In this document: piece by piece, positions 51,532-63,766 of the stretch
Layout: the number at the start of each line of letters is the position of its first letter
Position numbering within the stretch: position 1 is the first letter of the stretch
DNA from: Alphaproteobacteria bacterium
Lineage (GTDB): Bacteria > Pseudomonadota > Alphaproteobacteria > SHVV01
Assembly: GCA_965261735.1 (NCBI GenBank)
Contig: OZ253470.1
Location: 3,808,001-3,872,000 of the forward strand
DNA: 64,000 bases
Direction of reading: 5' to 3'
The notes under the pieces: generated by a model
Told to the model about the DNA's origin: nothing
Databases searched by the model: none
What the model saw: the letters and a program-made list of their open reading frames with translations, nothing else
Program-made: the position numbers and the translations under genes

Positions 51532-52157
51532 CCGCCGAACACCCGCGCGAAGGAGGCGCGGAGCGCCGCATCCACCTCGGGCATCGTGACCGTGAGGCCG
51601 AGATCGGCGAGCGACGTGACGCCGTGCTGCGCGATGCCGCACGGGACGATACCTCGATAGTGGCCGAGGTCGGGTTCGACGTTGAGCGCGATGCCGTGGT
51701 AGGTCACCCAGCGGCGAACGCGAACGCCGATGGCCGCGATCTTGTCTTCGCCGCCGCCGTTCCCAACCCAGATGCCGACGCGGCCCTCACGGCGCTCGCC
51801 GTGGACGTCGAGCTGGGCCAGGGTATCGATCACCCAGTTCTCGAGGCCGCGCACGAAGGCGCGCACGTCGCGCCCGCGCTCGTTCAGGTCGAGCAACACG
51901 TAAGCCACGCGCTGGCCCGGTCCGTGATAGGTGTATTGGCCGCCGCGCCCGGTGCGGTGCACGGGCAGGAAATCGGCGTCGAGCAGGTCGGCGGGTTTCG
52001 CGCTAGCGCCGGCGGTATACAGCGCGGGGTGCTCCAGCAGCCAGACGAACTCTCCGGCCCGGCCGGCGCGGATCGCCGCGACGCGGCTCTCCATCTCACC
52101 CACCGCGGCCTCGTAGCCGACGAGATCGTCGCTGATCTTCCATTCCGGCGCGACCAT
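51528..52157 (-). CDS. lipB: Lipoyl(octanoyl) transferase
   Basis: [35 protein letters not shown]. Confidence 0.96.
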   Translation of the reverse strand: MVAPEWKISDDLVGYEAAVGEMESRVAAIRAGRAGEFVWLLEHPALYTAGASAKPADLLDADFLPVHRTGRGGQYTYHGPGQRVAYVLLDLNERGRDVRAFVRGLENWVIDTLAQLDVHGERREGRVGIWVGNGGGEDKIAAIGVRVRRWVTYHGIALNVEPDLGHYRGIVPCGIAQHGVTSLADLGLTVTMPEVDAALRASFARVFGG

Positions 52158-52240
52158 CGATACTATCTAGCACAAGCGGGGCGGCTCCCGACGCGGCGGG
52201 GCCGATCCGCCGCGGGTGTATTGCCGGGTGGTGCGAAGGT

Positions 52241-52483
52241 ATGTCCAAAGCCGTTGACGGCGTTACCGTCGAGATTTCAGTGGTCCTCGGCAAGGCGGTC
52301 ATGCCGATCCACCAGCTGCTCAAGATGGGCCGGGGAGCGGTCATCGAGCTCAACGCCACGATCCACGATCACGCGCTGCTGTATGCCAACAACCGGCTTA
52401 TCGCGCGCGGCGAAGTCACAGTGGTGGACGATCACGTGGCCGTATCGATCACCGAGCGGGTAAGCGTCTTCGAGGAGGACTGA
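52241..52483 (+). CDS. Stand-alone FliM/FliN C-terminal (SpoA) domain protein
   Basis: ISVVLG..MPIHQLLKMGRGAVIEL..LIARGEV. Confidence 0.85.
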   Translation: MSKAVDGVTVEISVVLGKAVMPIHQLLKMGRGAVIELNATIHDHALLYANNRLIARGEVTVVDDHVAVSITERVSVFEED

Positions 52484-52560
52484 GGCGCGCCCGGGTTACA
52501 GGCGTCGAGGCCGGCGCTTGAAGCGCGCGGCCGGATTTGTTATGTCGGCGCCGCCTCCGT

Positions 52561-52648
52561 GCGGTCGTGGCGGAACTGGTAGACGCGCAGCGTTGAGGTC
52601 GCTGTGGGATAATATCCCGTGGAAGTTCGAGTCTTCTCGACCGCACCA
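52561..52648 (+). tRNA. tRNA-Leu (GAG)
   Basis: GCGGTCGTGGCGGAACTGG..CAGCGTTGAGGTCGCTG..long variable arm..GTTCGAGTC..GACCGCACCA. Confidence 0.95.
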
Positions 52649-52724
52649 ATTCGAACCGGCCCGCGGCGCTCCCGTCGCGGGCCGGATTTCTTGCACGTGA
52701 CGTGAACCCGGGCAGGGGCCGACG

Positions 52725-54116
52725 ATGAGCGACCCAGAGGCGCACCCCGGCGCCGCGACGACCCCGTCGGATGCGGCCTATGGCCTCGATCCCGTCTTCG
52801 TCCGCGAGGTGGTCGCGGCGCTCGACGACGGCGAGCCCGAGCGCGTGCGCGGCCGCGTCGTCGCGCTGCACGCCGCCGACGTGGCCGACCTGCTCGACCA
52901 AATCACGGCCGACCAGCGGCGCGTACTAATCGATGCGCTTCGCGCCGGCCTCGATCCGGATGTCCTCACTGAGCTCGACGAGCGCATTCGCGGTGACGTC
53001 GTCGGTCAGCTCGAAACGGGCGAGCTTGCCGCCGCGGTGGCCGAACTCGACACCGACGATGCGGTCGACGTGCTCAAGGCACTCGACGAGACCGACCAAC
53101 GCGACGTCCTCAACGCGGTCCCCGCCGAGGACCGGATGGTGATCGAGCAGGCGCTGGCCCACCCGGAGGACACCGCCGGCCGGCTGATGCAGCGCGACCT
53201 CGTCGCCGTGCCCGAGTTTTGGACCGTCGGCCAGACCATCGACTTCCTGCGCGAGAGCGACGATCTGCCGGTCAAGTTCTACGAAATCTTCGTCGTCGAT
53301 CCGGCCCATCGGCCGATCGGCACCATTCCCCTCGACCGGGCGATGCGCTCCAAGCGCGAGGTGGTGGCGGGCGACATCATGGACCCCAACCCGCTTGCCA
53401 TCCCCGTGGCCACGGACCAGGAGGAGGTGGCCTACGCGTTCCAGCAATACGACCATACCTCGGCGCCGGTGATCGACGCTGCCGGCCGGCTCGTCGGTGT
53501 CATCATGATCGACGATATCGTCGACGTGATCCACGAGGAGCACGAGGAGGACCTTTTGCGCCTCGGTGGCGTCGGCTCGGGCGACCTCCACGAATCGGCC
53601 GTCGTGACCACGCGACGGCGCTTCTCGTGGCTGCTCGTGAACCTCGGCACCGCCATCATCGCATCGGTCGTCATCGCCTTTTTCGACGCCACCATCGAAA
53701 AGATCGTCGCTCTCGCCATCCTTATGCCGATCGTCGCCTCGATGGGCGGCAATGCCGGGACACAAACGCTGACCGTCACCGTACGCGCACTCGCCACCAA
53801 GGACCTGACCGCGACCAACGCCATGCGGCTCGTGAACAAGGAGGTCGTGGTCGGCTTCTTCAACGGCGTGGTGTTCGCGAGCCTCATCGGCGTCGTGGCC
53901 GGGTTGTGGTTCGGCGATGCCGGGCTCGGCGCCGTGCTGGCCGCGGCCATGGTCATCAACTTGCTGATCGCCGGGCTCGCCGGCATCCTCATTCCGCTCG
54001 CATTGGTGCGTCTGCACATCGATCCCGCGCTCGCCGCGAGCGTCTTTCTCACCACCATCACGGACGTCGTCGGCTTCGGCGCGTTCCTCGGCCTCGGCGC
54101 CTGGCTGCTCCTGTGA
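52725..54116 (+). CDS. mgtE: Magnesium transporter MgtE
   Basis: LHAADVADLL, CBS pair, MGGNAGTQ, DPALA..LTTITDVVG. Confidence 0.96.
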   Translation: MSDPEAHPGAATTPSDAAYGLDPVFVREVVAALDDGEPERVRGRVVALHAADVADLLDQITADQRRVLIDALRAGLDPDVLTELDERIRGDVVGQLETGELAAAVAELDTDDAVDVLKALDETDQRDVLNAVPAEDRMVIEQALAHPEDTAGRLMQRDLVAVPEFWTVGQTIDFLRESDDLPVKFYEIFVVDPAHRPIGTIPLDRAMRSKREVVAGDIMDPNPLAIPVATDQEEVAYAFQQYDHTSAPVIDAAGRLVGVIMIDDIVDVIHEEHEEDLLRLGGVGSGDLHESAVVTTRRRFSWLLVNLGTAIIASVVIAFFDATIEKIVALAILMPIVASMGGNAGTQTLTVTVRALATKDLTATNAMRLVNKEVVVGFFNGVVFASLIGVVAGLWFGDAGLGAVLAAAMVINLLIAGLAGILIPLALVRLHIDPALAASVFLTTITDVVGFGAFLGLGAWLLL

Positions 54117-54174
54117 GGCCGCGGTGGCGAGGCCCCCGGCCCTGCGTCTATAGTGGCGCCCGTGAGGCACCGCG

Positions 54175-55347
54175 ATGATCCCGAATGAGCTGCCCTCGCT
54201 CGACTTCGACCTCGGCGCGGACGCCAACCTGCTGCGCGAATCGGTGCGCGCCTTCACGGCCGACGAAATTGCGCCGCGCGCCGCCGATATTGACGCCGCC
54301 AACGAGTTTCCCGCCGACCTGTGGCGCAAGATGGGCGCAATCGGGCTGCTCGGCATCACCGTCGAGGACGCCTATGGCGGGGCCGGCATGGGCTACGTCG
54401 AGCACGTCGTCGCGATGGAGGAGGTGAGCCGCGGCTCGGCCGCGGTGGGCCTTAGCTACGGCGCTCACTCCAACCTCTGCGTCAACCAAATCCGCAGCAA
54501 CGGCAGCGAAGAGCAAAAGCGCCGCTTCCTACCCGACCTCATTAGCGGCGCCCACGTGGGCGCGCTGGCGATGAGCGAGACGGGTGCCGGCTCCGACGTC
54601 GTCGGCATGAGGCTGCGCGCAGACAAGACGGCGAGCGGATACCTCCTCAACGGTAGCAAGATGTGGATCACCAACGGCCCCGATGCCGACGTGGTCGTGG
54701 TCTACGCCAAGACCGACGCAGGAGCCGGTGCCCGCGGCATCACCGCCTTCATCGTCGAGAGGGGCCTGCCCGGCTTCACCACGGCGCAGAAGCTCGACAA
54801 GCTCGGCATGCGCGGATCCAACACCTGCGAGCTCGTCTTCCAGGACTGCGAGGTCGCCGCCGACCGCGTGCTCGACGAGGAGGGGCAGGGGGTCAAGGTG
54901 CTGATGAGCGGCCTCGACTACGAGCGCCTGGTGCTGGCCGGTGGGCCGCTCGGCCTCATGCAGGCGTGTCTCGACGTGGTGCTACCCTACATCCACGAGC
55001 GCCAGCAGTTCGGCCGGCCGATCGGCGAGTTCCAGCTCATGCAGGGCAAGATCGCCGACATGTACACGACGCTCAATGCGAGCAAGGCCTACGTCTATGC
55101 CGTGGCCAAGGCCTGCGACCGCGGCGAGACCACGCGCAAGGACGCGGCCGGCGCCATCCTCTATGCCGCCGAGAGGGCGACGTGGATGGCGCTCGAGGCG
55201 ATCCAGTGCCTGGGCGCCAACGGCTACATCAACGACTATCCCACCGGGCGGCTGCTGCGCGATGCCAAGCTCTACGAGATCGGCGCCGGCACTTCGGAGA
55301 TCCGCCGTATGCTCATCGGCCGCGAGCTGTTCGCCGAGACGGCGTAA
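54175..55347 (+). CDS. ivd: Isovaleryl-CoA dehydrogenase (LiuA-like)
   Basis: [38 protein letters not shown]. Confidence 0.95.
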   Translation: MIPNELPSLDFDLGADANLLRESVRAFTADEIAPRAADIDAANEFPADLWRKMGAIGLLGITVEDAYGGAGMGYVEHVVAMEEVSRGSAAVGLSYGAHSNLCVNQIRSNGSEEQKRRFLPDLISGAHVGALAMSETGAGSDVVGMRLRADKTASGYLLNGSKMWITNGPDADVVVVYAKTDAGAGARGITAFIVERGLPGFTTAQKLDKLGMRGSNTCELVFQDCEVAADRVLDEEGQGVKVLMSGLDYERLVLAGGPLGLMQACLDVVLPYIHERQQFGRPIGEFQLMQGKIADMYTTLNASKAYVYAVAKACDRGETTRKDAAGAILYAAERATWMALEAIQCLGANGYINDYPTGRLLRDAKLYEIGAGTSEIRRMLIGRELFAETA

Positions 55348-55371
55348 AGGCCGCGCACTCGAGGAGGGCCC

Positions 55372-55974
55372 ATGTCCGACCCGGTCGAGTTCTATTTCGA
55401 TTTCTCCTCGCCCTACGGCTATCTCGCGAGCACGCGCATCGAGGGCATCGCCGCGCTCAATTCGCGCGCCTGCGCGTGGCGGCCCTTCCTGCTCGGGACG
55501 CTGTTCAAGATCGTCGGCAGCGCGCCGATGACGAGCTACCCGATGAAGGGCGACTACGGCAAGCACGACATCGAGCGCACGGCGCGGCGGCTGCGCGTGC
55601 CACTACGATGGCCGGCGAGCTTTCCTCAAGGCACGGTATCGCCGGCGCGCGCGTTCTACTGGATTGCGGACCAGGACGAGGAGACCGCCAAGTCCTTTGC
55701 CCGCGCCGTCTATCACGGCTATTTCGGCGAGGGCGAGGACGTGACTTCGCCGGAATCGACAGCCGACATCGCGGCGACCGTCGGCCTCGACCGCGCCGCT
55801 GTGCTGGCCGCCCTGCAGGAGCCGGCGGTCAAGGAGCGCCTCAAGCAGGAGAACGATCAGGCCATCGCACGCGGCGTGTTCGGCTCGCCCTTCGTGTTCA
55901 TCGACGGCGAGCCCTTCTGGGGCAACGACAAGCTCGACGAGGCACAGAAATGGCTGCACAGCGGCGGCTGGTAA
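55372..55974 (+). CDS. 2-hydroxychromene-2-carboxylate isomerase / kappa-GST (DsbA fold) family protein
   Basis: FYFDFSSPYGY, GVFGSPF, FWGNDK. Confidence 0.88.
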   Translation: MSDPVEFYFDFSSPYGYLASTRIEGIAALNSRACAWRPFLLGTLFKIVGSAPMTSYPMKGDYGKHDIERTARRLRVPLRWPASFPQGTVSPARAFYWIADQDEETAKSFARAVYHGYFGEGEDVTSPESTADIAATVGLDRAAVLAALQEPAVKERLKQENDQAIARGVFGSPFVFIDGEPFWGNDKLDEAQKWLHSGGW

Positions 55975-55996
55975 TAAGCAGTAGCCGGAGCGCGCG

Positions 55997-57604
<1,608 letters not shown>

Positions 57605-57607
57605 CCG

Positions 57608-58399
57608 ATGGACGCGCCCGGCGTTGTCGTCGAGGTCGCCGCGGACGGGTTCGCCACGCTCACGCTCGACCGCCCCGAGCGGCACAATGCCTTCGACGAC
57701 GTGCTCGTCGGCGAGCTCGCGCAGGCGCTCTCCGACCTTGCCGCCAACGATGCCGTGCGCGGTGTTGCCTTCGCCGCCCGCGGCAAGAGCTTCAGCGCCG
57801 GCGCCGACCTCAACTGGATGAAGCGCACGGCCGGCTATGACGCGGCGCAAAACCGCGCCGACGCGCGCGCCGTCGCGCACATGCTCAAGACCCTCGACGA
57901 GCTGCCCAAGCCGACGCTGGCGCTGGTGCAGGGGCCGGCCTACGGCGGCGGCGTCGGTCTCATCGCCTGTTGCGACATTGCGGTTGCGGTGGAGGATGCG
58001 GTGTTCGCCCTGACCGAGGTCCGCCTCGGCCTCCTCCCGGCCGTGATCTCGCCCTACGTCGTCGCCGCCATCGGCGCCCGCGCGGCGCGCCGTGTCTTTC
58101 TCACCGCCGAGCGCTTCGATGCGTTCGAGGCCAACCGCCTCGGGCTCGTGCACGAGGTGGTTGCGGACGAGGCCGCGTTGGCCGAGGCTTGTGCGCGCAT
58201 CAAGAGGCGTCTCGGCGCCGGGGCGCCGGGGGCGATCGCGGCAGCCAAGGACCTCATCGCCCACGTCAACGGGCGGCCGATCGACGATGCCCTGCTCGAC
58301 GAGACCGCGCGGCGTATCGCCGAGGCGCGCGCGGGCGACGAGGGCAAGGAGGGCGTCGCCGCTTTTCTCGGCAAGCGCAAGCCCAAGTGGACCGGCTGA
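57608..58399 (+). CDS. Enoyl-CoA hydratase family protein, probably methylglutaconyl-CoA hydratase (LiuC-like)
   Basis: FSAGADLNWM, GGGVGL, EVRLGLLPAVISPYV; cluster context. Confidence 0.88.
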   Translation: MDAPGVVVEVAADGFATLTLDRPERHNAFDDVLVGELAQALSDLAANDAVRGVAFAARGKSFSAGADLNWMKRTAGYDAAQNRADARAVAHMLKTLDELPKPTLALVQGPAYGGGVGLIACCDIAVAVEDAVFALTEVRLGLLPAVISPYVVAAIGARAARRVFLTAERFDAFEANRLGLVHEVVADEAALAEACARIKRRLGAGAPGAIAAAKDLIAHVNGRPIDDALLDETARRIAEARAGDEGKEGVAAFLGKRKPKWTG

Positions 58400-58415
58400 G
58401 CGCCTAGCCCGCACC

Positions 58416-60431
58416 ATGTTCGCCAAGCTGCTGATCGCCAACCGCGGCGAGATCGCCTGCCGCATCATGCGCACGGCCCATCGCCTCGGCATCGGCACGG
58501 TCGCCATCTACTCCGAGGCCGACGCCGCGGCACGGCACGTCGCGTTGGCCGACGAGGCGTATCTCGTCGGGCCGCCGCCGGCCGCCGCGAGCTACCTCGA
58601 CGGCGCGCGCATTATCGAGGTGGCCCGTCGCGCGGGCGCCGAGGCGCTCCATCCGGGCTACGGCTTTCTCGCCGAGAATGCCGACTTCGCGGCGGCGTGC
58701 GAGGCCGCGGGCCTCGTCTTCGTCGGTCCGCCCGCCCGCGCGATACGGCTCATGGGCTCGAAGCGCGCGGCGCACCAGCTCATGTCGGAAGCCGGCGTAC
58801 CCGTGGCGCCGGGCTACCGCGGCAGCGACCAACGCCTCGCGAGGTTGCGCCGCGAGGCCGGCCGGATCGGCTACCCGGTCCTGATCAAGCCGGCGCTCGG
58901 GGGCGGCGGCAAGGGCATACGGCGTATCGACGCCGCGGCCGAGTTCGATGCCGCCGTGCGTTCGGCCCGGCGCGAGAGCGCATCTGCGTTCGGCGACCGG
59001 CAGTTGGTCGTCGAGTCCTACCTCGGCAACTGCCGCCACGTCGAAATACAGGTCTTCGCCGACCGGTACGGACAAGTGGTCCACCTGTTCGAGCGCGACT
59101 GCTCGATCCAACGCCGCCACCAAAAGATCATCGAGGAAGCGCCCGCCCCGAGCCTGTCCGATAAGCAACGCGGCCTGATGGGCGAGGCCGCGGTGGCTGT
59201 GGCGCGCGCGGTCGACTATGTCGGCGCGGGCACAGTCGAGTTCATGGCCGAAGTCGGCGGTGGCGGCGCCTTCTACTTCATGGAGATGAACACGCGCCTA
59301 CAGGTCGAGCATCCGGTGACCGAAATGGTCACCGGCACGGACCTCGTCGAGTGGCAGCTCGTCGTCGCCGCCGGCGAAGCGTTGCCGCTCGGCCAGCACG
59401 ATCTCGCGATCACCGGTCACGCGATCGAGGCCCGCCTTTACGCCGAGGACGCCGAGCGCGAATTTCTCCCGTCCGCCGGGACCTTGCGCGACTACCGGAT
59501 GCCGCGGGAGGGGCCGCACGTCCGCGTCGACAGCGGCGTCGGCGCGGGCGATATCATTGGAGCGCACTACGATCCGATGATCGCCAAGCTCATCGTCCAC
59601 GACCGCGACCGGCCGACGGCGGTCCGGCACCTCCAGGCCGCGTTGGCTCAGGTGCATATCGCCGGCGTCGCCACGAACCTTGGGTTCCTTACGCGGCTCG
59701 CGCATCTGCGGGCCTTTGCGGCGGGCCGGCTCGACACGAACTTTCTCGAGCACCATCGTGAGCGGCTCTTCCCGCCGCCGACGCCGGCCTCGGGGCGGGA
59801 GCTGGCCCTGGCCGCGCTCGAGGTGCTTCTCGCCCGCGAGGCAAACCACGCGGCCGATACCGCCAACTCGCCCGATCCGCGGTCGCCGTGGCACCGCCTC
59901 GACGCCTGGCGCCTTAACGCCGAGGGTCGGGAGGTGCTGCACTTCGTCGACGGCGAGCGCGAGGTTGCCGTCGGCGTCGGGTACCCCCGGGATGGCGGTT
60001 ATTGGCTCGAGCTTCCGGACGGCGTCGTTCGCGCGCGGGCCGAGCGGGAGGGCGAGGGTAGCGTGGTTGCCGACCTCGGTGGGGTTAGGCTCACCGCCAC
60101 GGTCGTCCGCGAGGACGGCGCCCTCACGATCACCTGCCAGGGTGCGAGTCGAAGGCTCAGACATCACGATCCGCGCGCCGTCGCGGTGCACGAGGCGGCG
60201 GCGGCCGATACCGTGCGCGCGCCGATGCCGGGCAAGGTTATCGAGGTCAAAGGCCGCGCCGGGGCCCGCGTGGCGAGCGGCGCGACCCTCCTCGTCATCG
60301 AGGCGATGAAGATGGAGCACGCTGTCGTTGCGCCGGCCGATGGGATGGTGCGCCGGCTCCACTGTCGCCTTGGCGACATTGTGGAAGAGGGGGCGGTGCT
60401 CGTCGAGTTCGACGCCGGCGGCGACTCCTGA
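58416..60431 (+). CDS. mccA: 3-methylcrotonyl-CoA carboxylase, biotin carboxylase/biotin carrier subunit (LiuD-like)
   Basis: LIANRGEIAC, HPGYGFLAEN, ERDCSIQRRHQK, EMNTRLQVEH, EAMKM. Confidence 0.93.
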   Translation: MFAKLLIANRGEIACRIMRTAHRLGIGTVAIYSEADAAARHVALADEAYLVGPPPAAASYLDGARIIEVARRAGAEALHPGYGFLAENADFAAACEAAGLVFVGPPARAIRLMGSKRAAHQLMSEAGVPVAPGYRGSDQRLARLRREAGRIGYPVLIKPALGGGGKGIRRIDAAAEFDAAVRSARRESASAFGDRQLVVESYLGNCRHVEIQVFADRYGQVVHLFERDCSIQRRHQKIIEEAPAPSLSDKQRGLMGEAAVAVARAVDYVGAGTVEFMAEVGGGGAFYFMEMNTRLQVEHPVTEMVTGTDLVEWQLVVAAGEALPLGQHDLAITGHAIEARLYAEDAEREFLPSAGTLRDYRMPREGPHVRVDSGVGAGDIIGAHYDPMIAKLIVHDRDRPTAVRHLQAALAQVHIAGVATNLGFLTRLAHLRAFAAGRLDTNFLEHHRERLFPPPTPASGRELALAALEVLLAREANHAADTANSPDPRSPWHRLDAWRLNAEGREVLHFVDGEREVAVGVGYPRDGGYWLELPDGVVRARAEREGEGSVVADLGGVRLTATVVREDGALTITCQGASRRLRHHDPRAVAVHEAAAADTVRAPMPGKVIEVKGRAGARVASGATLLVIEAMKMEHAVVAPADGMVRRLHCRLGDIVEEGAVLVEFDAGGDS

Positions 60432-60598
60432 CGAACGGCGCGAGCATGGCCCTGGCTGGCGCGCCGCGAGCCCGCCATGCCATTATGTGGGTGGCGGCGC
60501 GGAAGGGCTTTGGGGATATCATTCGTTGTGTTGTTGGTTGATTGCGGCGGGTGCGCGGATCGACCCGTCGCGCGCCGTTCTCATGACTGAGTCGACCG

Positions 60599-61999
60599 GT
60601 GACGGCTGCCGCTAGCGCGCGCCTGGACCGTCTGCCGGTACTCATCGCTGCGGCGACAAGCGCGGCCGCGCTCGCCGTCGCGCTGCTGCCCGCCCCCGGT
60701 GGGGCGGCCGCCGGTTTGATGAGCGCCGCAGCCCTGGCGATCTTTGCCATCGGCCTGTGGGCTACCGGTGTCGTCGGCGGCCACATCGTCGCGATCTGGT
60801 TCTTCCTCCTCGCGATGCTGTTCGGCGTGGCACCGGCGCAGGTCATCTTTTCGGGTTTTCACTCGACCGCGCTGTGGCTGATCTTCGGCGGCCTCATCGT
60901 CGGCGTCGCCGTACGTGAAACCGGCCTCGGTGCCCGCGTCGCGGGGCTGCTGGCCGAACGCTTCGGCCGCTCCTACGGCGGCATCGTCGCCGGGGTCGTT
61001 GTGGTCAGCATGGTGCTGGCATTCCTCATCCCCTCGGCGCTGGGGCGCATCATCTTGCTCACCCCCATCGTTCAGGCGCTGGCGCTGCGCTACGGCTTCG
61101 AACACGGCTCGCGCGGCTATGCGGGCATCATGCTGGCGATGGCATTTGGCGCCATGTTTCCGGCCTTCGCCATTCTCCCCGCCAACATTCCCAATCTCAT
61201 TCTCGCCGGCGGCAGCGAAGCCCTGTACGGCATCGTGCCCATCTACGGCGAGTATCTCCTGCTGCACTACCCTGTCTTGGGCCTCCTCAAGGGCGGGGTG
61301 ATCATCGTTCTGGTCACGGTTCTCTTTCGCGATGAGCCGAAGCCGCCGCGTGCCGCCCGGGACCGGAAGCCGATGTCGCAAGCCGAGCGCCGCCTGGCCA
61401 TAATCCTCGTAGCCTCCTTGGCGCTGTGGGCGACCGATTTCCTGCACCATATCTCGCCCGCCTGGATCGCGCTCGGCGCCGGCGCCCTGTGCCTGCTGCC
61501 AGGCATGAAAATGCTGGAGCCCTCGATCTTCAACGAGAAGATCAACTACGGCTCGCTCTTCTACGTGGCCGGCATCCTGGGGCTCGCCGGCATGATCGCG
61601 GACACCGGGCTCGGCGACGAGCTCGGCCGGTTTCTGCTCGAGCTTGCCGGCTTCGTCGAGGGTCAAACGGTGCGCAATTACGGCGCGTTGGTCGGCCTCA
61701 CCGCCGGCCTCGGGCTGATGACGACGCAGCCCGGCATTCCGGCCGTTCTCACGCCGCTGGGCGGCGCCATCGCCGAGGCTACCGACTGGCCCATCGCCAC
61801 CGTTCTCATGCTTCAGGTGGTCGGCTTTTCCTCGGTCATCCTGCCCTACCAGGCGCCTCCCCTGATTGTTGCCATTCAACTCACGAGCGTGCGCATCGCC
61901 GACGCGATGAGGCTCACGGTCGCCCTGTTCGTGGTCACGGTCGCGGTCTTGATTCCACTCGATTTTCTGTGGCTGCGCCTGCTCGGGTACCTGCCGTGA
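60599..61999 (+). CDS. SLC13/DASS family anion (dicarboxylate/sulfate) permease
   Basis: Many TM segments; FSGF..ALWLIFGG, LIPSALGR, LPANIPN, LPYQAPP. Confidence 0.8.
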   Translation: MTAAASARLDRLPVLIAAATSAAALAVALLPAPGGAAAGLMSAAALAIFAIGLWATGVVGGHIVAIWFFLLAMLFGVAPAQVIFSGFHSTALWLIFGGLIVGVAVRETGLGARVAGLLAERFGRSYGGIVAGVVVVSMVLAFLIPSALGRIILLTPIVQALALRYGFEHGSRGYAGIMLAMAFGAMFPAFAILPANIPNLILAGGSEALYGIVPIYGEYLLLHYPVLGLLKGGVIIVLVTVLFRDEPKPPRAARDRKPMSQAERRLAIILVASLALWATDFLHHISPAWIALGAGALCLLPGMKMLEPSIFNEKINYGSLFYVAGILGLAGMIADTGLGDELGRFLLELAGFVEGQTVRNYGALVGLTAGLGLMTTQPGIPAVLTPLGGAIAEATDWPIATVLMLQVVGFSSVILPYQAPPLIVAIQLTSVRIADAMRLTVALFVVTVAVLIPLDFLWLRLLGYLP

Positions 62000-62661
62000 G
62001 CCGGGCGCCGAGCTGTGCCATGGACTCGGGGCCCGGCCTCACCTACATTTGTGTCGGCGCACCGGGTCACGATGAGAGCGGAAATGGAGACTAACGTTCG
62101 GCGTAAGCTTGCGGCGATTCTCAGTGCCGACGTTGCCGGTTACAGCCGCCTCATGGGCGAGGACGAAGAGGCGACGCTGCGCCTCCTAAGCGATTATCGC
62201 GGCAAGATCGACATCCTGATCGACGCGCACGAGGGGCGCGTCGTCGGCCGCGCCGGCGACAGCGTCATGGCCGAATTCGGCAGCGCCGTCGAGGCCGTCC
62301 GCTGCGGCGTCGAAATGCAGGACACCCTACGCGCGCGCAATGAGGAGCTCGAACTGGACCGGCGGATGCAGTTCCGCATCGGCATCAACCTCGGCGACGT
62401 CATGATCGAGGGCGACGATCTCTTTGGTGACGGGGTGAACGTGGCGGCGCGGCTCGAGAAGCTGGCCCCGCCCGGCGGCCTGTGCATCTCGGGTACCGTG
62501 TTCGAGCAGGTGCGCGACCGACTGCCCTTCGACTTCGAGGATCTGGGCGAGCAGTCGGTGAAGAACATCACGCGGCCGGTGCACGTATATCGCGTGCCGT
62601 TAGGGCAAACGGCCCCCGGTGTCGCCGACAACAAGACGCCGGAGCTGCCCGACCGCCCCTC

Positions 62662-63766
62662 CTTGCCTATCCGGTTTACACCCACACCCACTAGGGCTAG
62701 AATGGGCGCAACCCGGATATAGGGGAGCGCGCCATGGATGTTCTCGACCGCGCCGATCTCCCATTCCCGCATTCGCTACCCGAGTTCCAGCGACTTTTCC
62801 CCGATGATGCGGCCTGCGCCGCCTACCTGGAGAAAGCCCGCTGGGGAGACGGCTTTGCCTGCCCGCACTGCGGCACGGCGGGAGAGCCGTTCCACTTTGA
62901 AAACCGCCCTGGCGTCCTGCGCTGCCGCAAGTGCCGCCAGAACACCGGGCTGACGGTGGGAACAGTGATGGAGCGTAGCCACACTCCGCTGAACGTCTGG
63001 TTCTGGGCCGCTTATCTGGTCGCCAGTCAGACGCCCGGCATGTCCGCCGTGCAGTTTCAGCGGCAACTTGGTCTTTCGCGCTACGAGACGGCCTTTCAAA
63101 TTCTCCACAAGCTCCGCTCGGGCATGGTGCGGCCCAACCAAGACAGGATCGGTGGACAGCCCAAGAACCATGTTGAGGTGGACGAAACCTGGGTTGGCGG
63201 GCGAACGCGTGGGGAAGGCCGTGGTGTTCACCACAAGGTTCCCGTCTCCTGTGCCATCGAGGTGCGTCATCGAAAGCCGGGCACCAAGCTCGACAACCGG
63301 AAAGACGGACGCTATGCCGGACGCGTTCGGCTCGCCGTCGTGCTCGACCGTAGCGCCGAGTCGCTCTGTGGGTTCGTCGAGAGCACCGTCGCGCCGCGAT
63401 CGCTGATCGTTACTGACGATTGGAGCGGCTATGCTGGCCTCGGGAAGCGCGGCTATGAGCACTTCGCTGTTGCCGAGTGTGGTGATCCAGAGGTTGCCGA
63501 GCAATACCTGCCGATCATCCATCTGGTTTTCGCCAACCTGAAGACGTGGCTGATCGGTATCCACCACGGCGTTAGCCACCAGCACCTACAAGCCTACCTC
63601 AACGAGTTCACCTTCCGCTTCAACAGGCGGTTCTACCCGTTCAACGCCTTCCGCTCATTGCTCGGCATCGCGGGCGACACCTCTGCTCCAACCTATGCCG
63701 AGCTTTACTCGGGAGAGTGGCGGCACCCTACATGTAGCGGTCATGGGCGTTAACCGGATAGGCAAG
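62662..63766 (+). mobile_element. IS1595-family insertion sequence, copy 2 (1105 bp, full length)
   Basis: Terminal IRs CTTGCCTATCCGGTT / AACCGGATAGGCAAG; 8-bp target duplication CGCCCCTC at 62654-62661 and 63767-63774. Confidence 0.97.
62734..63753 (+). CDS. IS1595-family transposase
   Basis: Zinc ribbon CPHC/CRKC, VEVDET, VTDDW, YLNEFTFRFNRR. Confidence 0.95.
   Translation: MDVLDRADLPFPHSLPEFQRLFPDDAACAAYLEKARWGDGFACPHCGTAGEPFHFENRPGVLRCRKCRQNTGLTVGTVMERSHTPLNVWFWAAYLVASQTPGMSAVQFQRQLGLSRYETAFQILHKLRSGMVRPNQDRIGGQPKNHVEVDETWVGGRTRGEGRGVHHKVPVSCAIEVRHRKPGTKLDNRKDGRYAGRVRLAVVLDRSAESLCGFVESTVAPRSLIVTDDWSGYAGLGKRGYEHFAVAECGDPEVAEQYLPIIHLVFANLKTWLIGIHHGVSHQHLQAYLNEFTFRFNRRFYPFNAFRSLLGIAGDTSAPTYAELYSGEWRHPTCSGHGR

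Noticed and set aside
52241-52483. Orphan FliN-like gene as evidence of a cryptic flagellar or type III secretion system
   Set aside because: No other such genes are in the window, and as I recall this small gene is a common neighbour of lipB and mgtE in alphaproteobacteria.
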